64,000 nucleotides of DNA, taken from NCBI GenBank assembly GCA_041667185.1, contig JBAYFM010000003.1, forward strand, positions 16,962 to 80,961, written 5' to 3'. The position numbers and the translations under genes are program-made. This document shows positions 1-8,667 of this stretch, in pieces. The notes beneath the pieces were generated by a model. It made no database searches and had not been told where the DNA came from. It saw only the letters and a program-made list of their open reading frames with translations. Positions within the stretch are counted from its first letter, which is position 1. Each line of letters starts with the position of its first letter. This DNA comes from Patescibacteria group bacterium. GTDB taxonomy: Bacteria > Patescibacteriota > Patescibacteriia > SG8-24.

Positions 1-269
1 ATCCGCTCGTCGAGTACAAGCGCCAGGCTTACAGCATGTTCAACGAACTCGTCACGGCCATCAACAAGCAGACGGTCTATTCGCTCTACAAGATCGCCAC
101 GGCCCGGGAGATCGCCGGTTCGCTCATGGAGCGCAAAGGCGTCCAGTTATCGGCGCCGTCCAAAGGCGGGGAGAACGGTTCTTCATCCCACAAGGAAGAC
201 AAGGTCGGCCGCAACGATCCATGCCCGTGCGGCTCGGGGAAGAAATTCAAGAAGTGCCACGGGCAATAA
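1..269 (+). CDS. secA: Preprotein translocase SecA, C-terminal fragment (window starts inside gene)
   Basis: Translation ends in ...[20 protein letters not shown], the characteristic SecA C-terminal zinc-binding CPCGSGKK(F/Y)K.CHG motif. The frame is open from window position 1. Confidence 0.8.
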   Translation, partial: PLVEYKRQAYSMFNELVTAINKQTVYSLYKIATAREIAGSLMERKGVQLSAPSKGGENGSSSHKEDKVGRNDPCPCGSGKKFKKCHGQ

Positions 270-286
270 AAAAAGCCCCGGGCGGT

Positions 287-517
287 TCAGGCGCCGGAGC
301 GTTTGAAGGTCTGTCCGCACTTGGGGCATTTCCGGCCCTTCGGCAGAAGAACTTTGCAGGACGGGCAGTAGAAGCGAAAACAGGTGTCCTGTATATCCGG
401 AAAGAACAGGCAGATCGGGCAGAAACCATCTTTGTCCAGGCGTTCGTCGCAGGGCGGGTCGTCGTGGTGCAGGACCAGTTTGGCTTTCTTTGCGGTTTTT
501 TTCGCAACTTTCTTCAT
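287..517 (-). CDS. Small Lys-rich protein with three CPxC motifs (zinc-ribbon-like), hypothetical
   Basis: 76-aa ORF MKKVAKKTAKKAK...CPIC...CPSC...CPKCGQTF. Codon-like GC3 bias on minus strand. No family assignment possible by eye. Confidence 0.4.
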   Translation of the reverse strand: MKKVAKKTAKKAKLVLHHDDPPCDERLDKDGFCPICLFFPDIQDTCFRFYCPSCKVLLPKGRKCPKCGQTFKRSGA

Positions 518-607
518 TCAGGCCTCCTGTTGATGCAAGGAACGACAGAAAGATAACGCGGCCGCGGCGGCCGGTCAAGAGACGCCGACTATGCTGTGAT
601 ATGCGAT

Positions 608-946
608 ATGAGCGAGAAATTTGAACCGACATCAACATTCGCCGAGAGCGAACCAGCCATCCTTGATCGGCCGGAGTTTCAGGATTTCATCCGGGAGCGG
701 CAGATCCGACCGGAGGACTTACCCCTGGTCGAGGAATTGGCGGCTTTTCCGAAAGACCTGGCCATCGCGGAGCTGCACAACCTTTTCAATGCGAATCACG
801 AACGCAGCGGCCAGGCGTTGGAGAATCTGCTGCTCCACGCGCAGGACGGACAGAAAAAGTCGTTGTACGGAACGGCGCTGCGATTTTTCCAGGCGTACGA
901 CTGGACCGTGAGCTATAATCTGACGCGTCTGCTGGAAAAGATCTGA
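608..946 (+). CDS. Hypothetical protein
   Basis: ORF 596..946, with a likely start at MSEKF (608). Balanced composition, followed by a hairpin and T-run near 975-1000. No recognisable motifs. Confidence 0.35.
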   Translation: MSEKFEPTSTFAESEPAILDRPEFQDFIRERQIRPEDLPLVEELAAFPKDLAIAELHNLFNANHERSGQALENLLLHAQDGQKKSLYGTALRFFQAYDWTVSYNLTRLLEKI

Positions 947-1042
947 AAGCGAGCAGTGATCAATAGGATAGCAAAAACCCCAGCCAAAGCCGGGGTTTTT
1001 ACGTCTCTTCGATAGCATGTGTTCGGAGAGGGTCTCGCGGTC

Positions 1043-1189
1043 GAAGTTCGGTATCAGGCTAAACAATGTTGCTAGATCCTGCTGATCTTCGGGACTGAGT
1101 GCATCCTGTCGTATGACGACGCGCGAGGTTTTGTACGGACGATAGGTGGAAGTTCGGTGTCAGGCTGATAACAATGTTACTGAATCCTG
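1043..1189. repeat. Two imperfect ~40-nt direct repeats (gaagttcggt[a/g]tcaggct[a/g]a(t)aacaatgtt[g/a]ct[a/g][g/a]atcctg) about 106 nt apart in an intergenic region
   Basis: Seen directly: copy 1 at 1043-1081, copy 2 at 1149-1189, between a hypothetical gene and maf. Confidence 0.6.
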
Positions 1190-1324
1190 TCTGGCTTCAA
1201 GGTCCTCAGACCCTGCCAATAGGCAACCAATTTGTCCGTCTCAATTGCACTAGACTTTAAGATAGCATATCCTGAAGAAATTGTCAACCTAGCGACCTAC
1301 TTAAGGCTAATCAGGCGCAAAATC

Positions 1325-1900
1325 ATGAAGATCATCCTTGGTTCCGGTTCGAAGTGGCGGGCGAAGATCTTTGCTCAATTAGGGCTAGAATTCGAGACCA
1401 TGGCCCCGGAGATCGACGAAAAAGCCATCCGCCGGGACGATCCCCAGGAGCTGGTGCTGGCCATCGCCGAGGCCAAAAGCCGGGCGCTTCGGGACCGGAT
1501 CCAAGGACCGGCGCTCCTCATCACTTCGGACCAGGTCGTCGCGGTCGGCGGCCGCGTCCTCGAAAAACCGCGCGACGAGGCCGAGGCGCGCGAGTTCATG
1601 CGCCGCGCCGGCGACCATCCGGCGGAGACGATCACCTCGATCAACATCTTCAATACGGAGACCGGCCGGTCGGTCCAGGGCGTCGACGCGGTCCGGATCT
1701 TCATGACCGGTCTTCCAGACGCCGTGATTGACGCGCTCATCGCCAAGGGCGACGTTTTCACCTGCGCCGGCGGCATCGACATCGAGGATCCGCTCGTCCA
1801 GCCGTACATCAAAAAGATCGAAGGCGATCTCGATTCCGTGATCGGTCTGCCGCTCAAATTGACCCGGCAGTTGCTAGAAGAGGCGAAGTCTGGTGTATAA
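1325..1900 (+). CDS. maf: Maf-like nucleoside triphosphate pyrophosphatase (septum formation protein Maf)
   Basis: MKIILGSGSKWRAKIF... resembles the typical Maf N-terminus (I-L-A/G-S-x-S-P-R-R). ORF opens at 1232 but the Maf-like start is at 1325. Confidence 0.75.
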   Translation: MKIILGSGSKWRAKIFAQLGLEFETMAPEIDEKAIRRDDPQELVLAIAEAKSRALRDRIQGPALLITSDQVVAVGGRVLEKPRDEAEAREFMRRAGDHPAETITSINIFNTETGRSVQGVDAVRIFMTGLPDAVIDALIAKGDVFTCAGGIDIEDPLVQPYIKKIEGDLDSVIGLPLKLTRQLLEEAKSGV

Positions 1901-2316
1901 TGCGGAACACTATGGTCCTCAAATCCAATCCGCTCGTCTGTCGTTTGCTCGAACTCGAATTGCCGACCGCTGATTTTGCCGTGTTCGGCAGCGGTCCCAT
2001 GATGGCTCGCGGCTGGCGCGACAGCCGGGATCTCGATATCGTCGCGCGCGGCGCGGCCTGGGACAAGGCCAGACAGGTCGGCGTCGAAAGCTTCACCGCT
2101 GACGGCGCGGTGAAATACGTGATCGGACCGATCGAGGTCTTCGATTCCTGGGCTCCGGGCCAGTGGGACGTGAACGAACTCATCGACGGGGCGGAGCTGA
2201 TCGACGGCGTGCGTTTCGTGTCGCTCGAGAACGTCATCAAATGGAAGCGGCTCATGGGCCGCCCGAAAGATCTCGAAGATATCAAGCTGATCGAGGACCG
2301 ATTGCAGCCGAAATAA
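1900..2316 (+). CDS. Nucleotidyltransferase-fold protein (Pol-beta superfamily; C-terminal R-x-KD-x-x-D motif reminiscent of AbiEii-like NTases)
   Basis: FGSGPMMARGWRDSRDLDIV (GS...D.D NTase signature) and ...KRLMGRPKDLEDIKLIE at the C-terminus. Start codon overlaps the maf stop. Confidence 0.45.
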   Translation: MRNTMVLKSNPLVCRLLELELPTADFAVFGSGPMMARGWRDSRDLDIVARGAAWDKARQVGVESFTADGAVKYVIGPIEVFDSWAPGQWDVNELIDGAELIDGVRFVSLENVIKWKRLMGRPKDLEDIKLIEDRLQPK

Positions 2317-2373
2317 GCCATTCCGGCCCGCCAGCGGCCGCATTGACGGGAACGCGTTTTTGTGTCAATTTGG

Positions 2374-2408
2374 CAGGTCAGCCGCGCTGCGGCTGGACCT
2401 GTTTTTTG
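2374..2408 (+). terminator. Rho-independent terminator
   Basis: CAGGTCAGCCGC-gctg-CGGCTGGACCTG hairpin followed by TTTTTTG. Confidence 0.6.
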
Positions 2409-2433
2409 ACAATCGACAAAAAAGGGGTCGGCG

Positions 2434-4332
2434 ATGGATATCAACGACAAGCGCAAGATCGCCAAGAATTGGCGCGAGTACCTGGCTGAGACCGGGGAAA
2501 GTCTGAAGGTCTTCCGTTGGGTCTGGCGGGATCTGATCGATCCCGCAAGCAGGCGCCTGGCGCGGCTGATGCTGGCGCTCTCCGTGGCGAGTTCCGTTTT
2601 CGCCATGGCCCAGCCCTGGCTCGTCAAGTGGATCTTCGACGGCGTCATCGCCAGGGACCAGCGCCTGATCGTCCTGGGGCTGGCTGGTTTCCTGGCCTGC
2701 CTGCTCATGCGCCAGCTGTTCCATTTCCTGACGCAGTACTGCCGGGAATACATGTTCGGCGCGAACCACGTCCGCATTGACGAACGCCTCAGTGAACTCT
2801 TCTTCGCCAAGTCGCTCGGCCAGCACCTGCGCGACAACAGCACGCTGTCGGTCGGCAACATGGAGAAGGGGCGCGGCCGGGTCATGCATATCCAGGAGAT
2901 GGTCATCTTCAATTGGCTGTCCGTCCTGCTCAACCTGGCGCTCGCCTTCGTCTTCCTCTGGTATCTGTCGCTCCTGGTCGGCTTCGCGGCCACGTTGCTC
3001 ACGGTCAATTATTTCGTCTGGACGGTCTTCCTCAATCGCCGCTGCCTGGAGCTTTGCGTGCCCGTTGACGCCGAATTCCGGAAGCACAACCGCTACCGGG
3101 TCGAACGCTGGGACAAGATCGAACGGGTCAAGACCTGCGGTAAGGAGCGCGAGGAGACCGAACGCATCGCCGGTTGGCTGCGGGAGATCTTCGTCCGCGA
3201 CCGGGGCTTCTGGCTCTGGTTCATCCGGATGATCAATCTCCGCTCGCTCATCGACGTCGCCGTTCTGGCGCTGATCATGGTCTACGGCGTCTGGCGCGCC
3301 TGGGAAGGCGTCTGGACGGTCGGACTGCTGTATCCGCTGTTCAGCTGGAGCCGCGCTTTCACCGACAATCTCGGGGTGGTCTCGCAGATGGAGCACCAGC
3401 TGAACGCGGCGATGCCTTCGATCAAGTCGATGATGGAAGCGCTGACCGCGCCGTCCGATATCGTCGATCGTCCGGATGCGATCGATCTGCCGGCGTCCGG
3501 GTTCAGCGTCGAGTTCCGTGGCGTTGATCATACTTACGTCGCGACCGGACTCGACGAGGATGCCGCGTCCTCGGCAGCCGCCGTCGCTTCCGGCCGGATC
3601 AAGAAGGCGGTGTTGAACGACGTCAGCTTCGCGGTCGGTCCCGGCGAGAAAGTGGCGCTCATCGGTTCGAGCGGCGCCGGCAAGACGACGATCATGCGGC
3701 TCCTGCAGCGTTACATGGACCCGGAGCAGGGGAGTATCCTCGTTGGCGGCCGCGATCTGCGCGACTATCGCCTGGGTTCCTGGACCGCGGCGCTGGGTTA
3801 CATCGCCCAGCAGCCTCAGGTGCTCGACGGCACCATCCGTTCCAACCTGCTTTACGGTCTGGATCCAGGGGAGCGGGAGAAAGCGACGGATGCCGATCTT
3901 TGGAATCTGATCCGCCGGCTGAAGATCGACTTCGGCGATCGTCTGACCGAAGGCTTGGAAACCCGGGTCGGACGGAACGGACTCAAACTCTCGGGCGGCG
4001 AAGCCCAGCGTCTGATGATCGGCGCAGCGGCCATGCGTCGGCCGAGATTCATGATCATCGACGAGGCCACGAGCAGCCTGGATTCTTCGACCGAAAAAGA
4101 GGTCCAGCGCGGCTTGGCCGAGGTCCTCGCCGGCGACATGAGCGCTCTGGTCATCGCTCATCGCCTGAGCACCGTCCGCAACCTGTGCACCAAATTCCTG
4201 GTGCTCCGGAGCAGCGGTGAAACGGCGGAGAGCGGACCGCAGATCGAAGCGTCAGCCGGTTCGTTCGAGGAACTCTACCGGCTGTCGCCGACCTTCCGCC
4301 GTCTGGCCGACGACCAGGGCCTGAAGCTCTGA
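2434..4332 (+). CDS. ABC transporter, fused permease/ATP-binding protein (MsbA-like type I exporter)
   Basis: N-terminal multi-TM domain. Walker A GSSGAGKTT, ABC signature LSGGEAQRL, Walker B FMIIDEATSSLD, H-loop IAHRL. Confidence 0.9.
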   Translation: MDINDKRKIAKNWREYLAETGESLKVFRWVWRDLIDPASRRLARLMLALSVASSVFAMAQPWLVKWIFDGVIARDQRLIVLGLAGFLACLLMRQLFHFLTQYCREYMFGANHVRIDERLSELFFAKSLGQHLRDNSTLSVGNMEKGRGRVMHIQEMVIFNWLSVLLNLALAFVFLWYLSLLVGFAATLLTVNYFVWTVFLNRRCLELCVPVDAEFRKHNRYRVERWDKIERVKTCGKEREETERIAGWLREIFVRDRGFWLWFIRMINLRSLIDVAVLALIMVYGVWRAWEGVWTVGLLYPLFSWSRAFTDNLGVVSQMEHQLNAAMPSIKSMMEALTAPSDIVDRPDAIDLPASGFSVEFRGVDHTYVATGLDEDAASSAAAVASGRIKKAVLNDVSFAVGPGEKVALIGSSGAGKTTIMRLLQRYMDPEQGSILVGGRDLRDYRLGSWTAALGYIAQQPQVLDGTIRSNLLYGLDPGEREKATDADLWNLIRRLKIDFGDRLTEGLETRVGRNGLKLSGGEAQRLMIGAAAMRRPRFMIIDEATSSLDSSTEKEVQRGLAEVLAGDMSALVIAHRLSTVRNLCTKFLVLRSSGETAESGPQIEASAGSFEELYRLSPTFRRLADDQGLKL

Positions 4333-4351
4333 TCGCCCCGTTCTTTCTTTC

Positions 4352-4380
4352 AGCCGCTCCTTCGGGAGCGGCTTTTCTTA
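4352..4380 (+). terminator. Rho-independent terminator
   Basis: AGCCGCTCC-ttcg-GGAGCGGCT followed by TTTTCTT. Confidence 0.65.
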
Positions 4381-4432
4381 TATCATGATCATGAACCGCC
4401 GGTCCGGGTCGTGGTTTGGCGGTGCGCCGGAT

Positions 4433-4463
4433 AAAAAAACGCCCGGCAGTTTTTGACCGGGCG
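4433..4463 (-). terminator. Rho-independent terminator for the 4514..4780 minus-strand gene
   Basis: CGCCCGG-cagtttttga-CCGGGCG preceded on plus strand by AAAAAAA (T-run on minus strand). Confidence 0.55.
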
Positions 4464-4513
4464 CAGAGAGCGATTGTTTTTCCGTCGGCGAGACGGACGC
4501 GAGTTGTTCCGGA

Positions 4514-4780
4514 TCATCGCCTGACGACGCGGATCTTGCCATCGGCCGTCCGTTCGATGTGTCCGAGCCGCAAAGCTTCGTTCAGACCCTCGCGGATGGC
4601 GTTCAGCTTCTCTTGGTGATACTGCCGCAGGATCTCTTCATCGGTATAACCGATGCGGTGCGCGAGTCCGTCGACTAACTTTTTTTCGTCGATACAGAGG
4701 GAGCCTTCTTTGTTCCGGGACAAGGCGCCGATCTCCGAGGCGATCAGTTCCGCGCTGACACCCAAAGAACGATAGGACAT
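4514..4780 (-). CDS. Hypothetical small protein (88 aa)
   Basis: Strong SD (aaggagacaatcATG) before the start at 4780 and a dedicated terminator. No recognisable motifs. Confidence 0.5.
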   Translation of the reverse strand: MSYRSLGVSAELIASEIGALSRNKEGSLCIDEKKLVDGLAHRIGYTDEEILRQYHQEKLNAIREGLNEALRLGHIERTADGKIRVVRR

Positions 4781-5029
4781 GATTGTCTCCTTCCGCGATC
4801 TGATTGCGGGTTGCGTGTCTGCTTATTCATTATCACGCCTCCGGGCTTCGGGCAAGCGCTGTTTAAGCCGTTGGAACGGCGATTTTTGGAGGCTGAGGCC
4901 GTCTGATTGCCAGGGAATGTGTTCCGTAACGTCGTTACTTGTTGCCAAAACTCAGCGCCTGAATTAAGATGATTCGCGACTGCGTTTAACTTTAAAGCGA
5001 GGCGCAAGCCCTCTTTTTGTTCTGCCGCT

Positions 5030-7156
5030 ATGGCTAAGATCTCCGTTAAGTCGTTTTTTTCCGCCATCCTGGGAGGACTGGCCTCTTTGGTCGTCCCGAA
5101 AACTCCGCGCGGCCGCGTCCGTCAGGCAGTTGTTTTCGTGTTACTGCTCATGGTCGTCGCCGGCAACCTCAGCCACCCCAAGTATTGGGATGACGCCGCT
5201 GATTGGGTGAACGGCAAGACGGGGATGAAGATCCCGCATTTCTGGAACGTGCCTTACCGCCTCGGACTTGATCTGCAGGGCGGCGCCCATCTCGTCTACA
5301 CGGCCGATGTCCGCAATATCGCGGAATCTGAAAAGCCGGACGCGATGTCGGGCGTGCGCGACGTCATCGAGCGCCGCGTGAACGCTTTCGGCATCTCCGA
5401 ACCGGTCGTCCAGACCAATAAGTCCGGCAGCGACTGGCGCGTGACCGTCGATCTGGCCGGCGTCAAGGATATCAGCGAGGCGATCAAACTCATCGGCGAG
5501 ACGCCGATCCTGGAGTTCAAGGAAGAGAACACTGATCCGCCGCGGGCGCTGACCGCCGACGAACAGAAACAGCTCGCTGATTTCAACGCCGCCGTGACCC
5601 TGCGGTCCAGGGAGGTTTTGGCCAAGGCTGTGAAAGCGGGCGCTGACTTCGGCGCGCTCGCCGCTGAATATTCCGATGACGCCGCGACCAAGGACAAAGG
5701 CGGCGATCTCGGTTTCGTCAGCTCCCAGGGCGAGTTCGCCGCCGCGATCGACAAGATCGTGGCCAAGAGACTGAAGCCTGGAGCGGTGCTCGCCGAGACC
5801 GTTAGCGATGACGCCGCCATCCGCATCGTCAAGTACGTCGCCAATCAGGAGGCTGGCAAAGAAGTCCGGGCCCAGCACATCCTGATCAGCTGGCAGGGAG
5901 CCGAGCGCAGCGAACAGACGCGCACCAAAGAGCAGGCTCAGGCGCTCATCGCCAACCTGGCTTCGCGCGCCACGGCCGCCAATTTCGGCAGCCTGGCCAA
6001 GAGCAATTCCGATGACGCCGGCAGCGCCGCTTCGAACGGCGACCTCGGCTGGTTCGGCGCCGGCGCCATGGTCAAGCCTTTCGAGGACGCCGTTTTCGCC
6101 CTGGAAAAGGGCGGTATCTCGGCCGTCGTCGAGAGCCCCTTCGGTTTCCATCTCATCCGCAAGACCGACGAGCGGCCGCTCTACGAGTATCAGCTCGCCC
6201 AGATCCTGTTCACGAAGAAGACCTCGGCCGACATCCTGCCGCCGGCTTCGCCTTGGAAGAACACCGAGCTTTCCGGCAAGGACCTGAAGTCCTCCTCGCT
6301 GCAGTTCAGCCCGCAGACCGGCGAGCCGCAGGTCGGTTTGGAGTTCAATGATAACGGCAAGAAATTGTTCGCGGAGATCACCCAGCGCAACGTCGGCAAG
6401 CCCGTGGCGATCTTCCTCGATAACCAGCCGCTCTCGGTGCCGACGGTCAACGAGCCGATCCTCGATGGCAGCGCGGTCATCACCGGCAAGTTCACGATCC
6501 AGGAGGCTAAGCTGTTGTCCCGCCGCCTGAACGCCGGCGCCCTGCCAGTCCCGATCACTCTCGAAAGCCAGTCCACGGTCGGCGCCTCGCTCGGCAAGGA
6601 TTCGCTCGACAAGAGCCTGTTCGCCGGGATCATCGGCTTCCTGATCATCGCGGCTTTCATGCTGCTGTATTACCGGCTGCCGGGCATCGTCGCCATCGTG
6701 GCGCTGCTGCTCTACACCGGCATCAACCTGGCGCTTTACAAACTCATCCCGGTCACGCTGACGCTCTCGGGCATCGCCGGTTTCATCCTGTCCATCGGCA
6801 TGGCTGTCGACGCCAACGTCCTGATCTTCGAGCGCACGAAAGAAGAGCTGAAACGCGGCCGCACTCTCGGCTCGGCCATCGACGAGGGCTTCAAGCGCGC
6901 CTGGCTGTCCATCCGCGACTCGAACTTCACCACGCTCATCTCCTGCACCATCCTGTTCTACACGAGCTCCAGCCTGATCAAGGGTTTCGCCCTGACGCTC
7001 GGACTCGGCGTCGTCGTGTCCTTGTTCTCCGCCATCACCGTGAGCCGCACCTTGCTGCGCCTGGTCTCCGGTTGGCGCGTATTCCACAATTCCTGGTTCT
7101 ACATGCCGGGCCTCAACCGCGCGCCGGCCGTGTCTAAATCGGACGACGAAGCCTAA
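5030..7156 (+). CDS. secD: Protein translocase subunit SecD with inserted parvulin-type PPIase-like domains
   Basis: N-terminal TM plus P1 base (LDLQGGAHLVY...TPILEFKEE). C-terminal SecD membrane core (GIIGFLIIAAFMLLYYR..., GIAGFILSIGMAVDANVLIFER). An internal segment carries the parvulin signature GDLGWFGAGAMVKPFEDAVFALEKGGISAVVESPFGFHLI and an upstream degenerate copy (GADFGALAAEYSDD...GGDLGFV). Confidence 0.9.
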   Translation: MAKISVKSFFSAILGGLASLVVPKTPRGRVRQAVVFVLLLMVVAGNLSHPKYWDDAADWVNGKTGMKIPHFWNVPYRLGLDLQGGAHLVYTADVRNIAESEKPDAMSGVRDVIERRVNAFGISEPVVQTNKSGSDWRVTVDLAGVKDISEAIKLIGETPILEFKEENTDPPRALTADEQKQLADFNAAVTLRSREVLAKAVKAGADFGALAAEYSDDAATKDKGGDLGFVSSQGEFAAAIDKIVAKRLKPGAVLAETVSDDAAIRIVKYVANQEAGKEVRAQHILISWQGAERSEQTRTKEQAQALIANLASRATAANFGSLAKSNSDDAGSAASNGDLGWFGAGAMVKPFEDAVFALEKGGISAVVESPFGFHLIRKTDERPLYEYQLAQILFTKKTSADILPPASPWKNTELSGKDLKSSSLQFSPQTGEPQVGLEFNDNGKKLFAEITQRNVGKPVAIFLDNQPLSVPTVNEPILDGSAVITGKFTIQEAKLLSRRLNAGALPVPITLESQSTVGASLGKDSLDKSLFAGIIGFLIIAAFMLLYYRLPGIVAIVALLLYTGINLALYKLIPVTLTLSGIAGFILSIGMAVDANVLIFERTKEELKRGRTLGSAIDEGFKRAWLSIRDSNFTTLISCTILFYTSSSLIKGFALTLGLGVVVSLFSAITVSRTLLRLVSGWRVFHNSWFYMPGLNRAPAVSKSDDEA

Positions 7157-7171
7157 CCCGGCGCCACTCCT

Positions 7172-8065
7172 ATGAGATTGCCCATCATCAAATACCGGAA
7201 CGTTTGGTTCACCATTTCCGTCCTGCTCGTCATCGGCAGCATCGCGGCGCTCCTCCTGTTTCCGCTGCGCTACGGCATCGATTTCACCGGTGGTTCCATG
7301 ATGGAAGTGGAGTTCACCGCCCAGATCCCGCAGGTTTCTGCTATCAGCGGCCTGCTGAACGAGGCTGGCTACAAGGATATCGTCATCCAGCCGCTCGGCG
7401 AGAAGGGGATGATCATCCGCCTGCCCGGCGTCGACGAGCCGACTCATCAGCAGATCCTCGTCGCGATGAAAGAGAAGCTGGGAGGCCTCGTGGAGCACCG
7501 GTTCGAGTCGGTCGGTCCGACCGTCGGCAACGAGCTCCGCAAGAACGCCGTCTGGTCGCTCACTCTCGTCCTCCTCGGCATCTGTTCGTACATCGCGTTC
7601 GCTTTCCGCAAGGTCTCGAAGCCGGTGGCTTCCTGGAAATACGGCATCATCACCCTGATTCCGGCCATCTTCCATGATGTGCTCCTGCCGATCGGCGTCT
7701 TCGCCGTCGTCGGCCACTACTTCATGGCCGAGATCAACTCGGCTTTCATCGCCGCCTTGCTGACCATTCTCGGTTTCTCGGTCCATGACACCATCGTCGT
7801 CTTCGACCGGATCCGCGAGAACTTGCTCAAGACGAACGGCACGTTCGAGGAGATCGTCGAGCGTAGCGTCAACGAGACTCTGGCCCGCTCGATCAACACT
7901 TCGCTGACCATTTTCTTCCCGCTCCTGTCCATCTTCCTCTTCGGCGGCGAGACGCTGAAATGGTTCTCGATGGTGCTCATCATCGGCCTCATCGCCGGCA
8001 CCTATTCCTCAGTCTTTCTGTGTGCGCCGCTTCTGGTCGTCATGCAGAAGAAATCGAGCCGCTAG
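7172..8065 (+). CDS. secF: Protein translocase subunit SecF
   Basis: Six-TM SecF architecture directly downstream of secD. FDRIRENL motif typical of SecF. Confidence 0.9.
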   Translation: MRLPIIKYRNVWFTISVLLVIGSIAALLLFPLRYGIDFTGGSMMEVEFTAQIPQVSAISGLLNEAGYKDIVIQPLGEKGMIIRLPGVDEPTHQQILVAMKEKLGGLVEHRFESVGPTVGNELRKNAVWSLTLVLLGICSYIAFAFRKVSKPVASWKYGIITLIPAIFHDVLLPIGVFAVVGHYFMAEINSAFIAALLTILGFSVHDTIVVFDRIRENLLKTNGTFEEIVERSVNETLARSINTSLTIFFPLLSIFLFGGETLKWFSMVLIIGLIAGTYSSVFLCAPLLVVMQKKSSR

Positions 8066-8089
8066 TCAGCCAAGCGAATAGCCACTAGT

Positions 8090-8119
8090 GCCGCCAGACA
8101 CGTGTCTGGCGGCTTTTTG
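8090..8119 (+). terminator. Rho-independent terminator after secF
   Basis: Perfect palindrome GCCGCCAGACAcgTGTCTGGCGGC followed by TTTTT. Confidence 0.7.
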
Positions 8120-8182
8120 GTCGTGTTGACGGCAGTGCCGGCATTCAGTAAGATCAGCGCGTTCTTTATCAGGAGGTGAACG

Positions 8183-8512
8183 ATGAGAATGCTGGAACGC
8201 GGCAAAAGCCAGTCAACGGTAGTTCTTTTCTCGGATGACGACAGCAGGAATCCTCATGCTGATTCGCTGGACTGCGAATGGTGCGACTCGAAGCTCGAGG
8301 TCACCATCGATGATATCCAGCTGGCCGAGGTCCCTACTGACAACGGGAACGCCGTTCCCTGGCTTTTCGTGGAGTGCGGCAATTGCCACAGGCCAGTTGT
8401 CATTTGCGACGACAAGCTGCCTCAAGAACTGCTCGTGGAGACCTACATCCTCATTCTGTACCGCCTCGACTGCCCCGGCCGTCGGCTCGTTCTTCGCGGT
8501 TCGGCCCCCTGA
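8183..8512 (+). CDS. Small Cys-containing hypothetical protein (CEWC...CGNC, possible zinc finger)
   Basis: Strong SD (aggaggtgaacgATG). A TTGACG-17-TAAGAT promoter-like sequence lies upstream (~8128-8156). Own terminator. Confidence 0.5.
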   Translation: MRMLERGKSQSTVVLFSDDDSRNPHADSLDCEWCDSKLEVTIDDIQLAEVPTDNGNAVPWLFVECGNCHRPVVICDDKLPQELLVETYILILYRLDCPGRRLVLRGSAP

Positions 8513-8531
8513 TCTTCAGGGGGCTTTTTTT
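8505..8531 (+). terminator. Rho-independent terminator
   Basis: CCCCCTG-atctt-CAGGGGG followed by CTTTTTTTG. Overlaps the stop codon of the preceding gene. Confidence 0.65.
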
Positions 8532-8581
8532 GTTCGCGCGACGTCGGTCAAAAAATAGGTGAGTATTGGGCTGTCAGCTGA

Positions 8582-8610
8582 TTGAAATTCAGCTTAAAAT
8601 AGGCTATGAT
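8582..8610 (+). promoter_or_regulatory. Sigma70-like promoter candidate (TTGAAA-17-TATGAT) upstream of the 8668 operon
   Basis: TTGAAA at 8582-8587, 17-nt spacer, TATGAT at 8605-8610. AT-rich context. Confidence 0.45.
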
Positions 8611-8650
8611 TAATTTAGGCTGGCAGTAGCGTGATTTTTTGTGCCAGACC

Positions 8651-8666
8651 AAGCTTAATTAAGCTT
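8651..8666 (+). promoter_or_regulatory. Perfect 16-bp palindrome AAGCTTAATTAAGCTT immediately 5' of the operon start codon (candidate operator or RBS-occluding hairpin)
   Basis: Seen directly. Ends 1 nt before the ATG at 8668. Confidence 0.5.
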
Positions 8667-8667
8667 C

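Noticed and set aside
221-556. 111-aa plus-strand ORF overlapping the CPxC zinc-ribbon gene
   Set aside because: Composition (G/A/R-rich) is artefact-like, whereas the minus-strand 76-aa frame has coherent Cys motifs and a Lys-rich N-terminus.
1375-4161. Long minus-strand ORFs (322, 384, 598 aa) over maf and the ABC transporter
   Set aside because: Antisense artefacts. The plus-strand genes have clear motifs.
5141-7786. 881-aa minus-strand ORF overlapping secD/secF
   Set aside because: Antisense to two well-supported genes. Composition (R/D/G/E/A-rich, low-complexity) is typical of high-GC frame artefacts.
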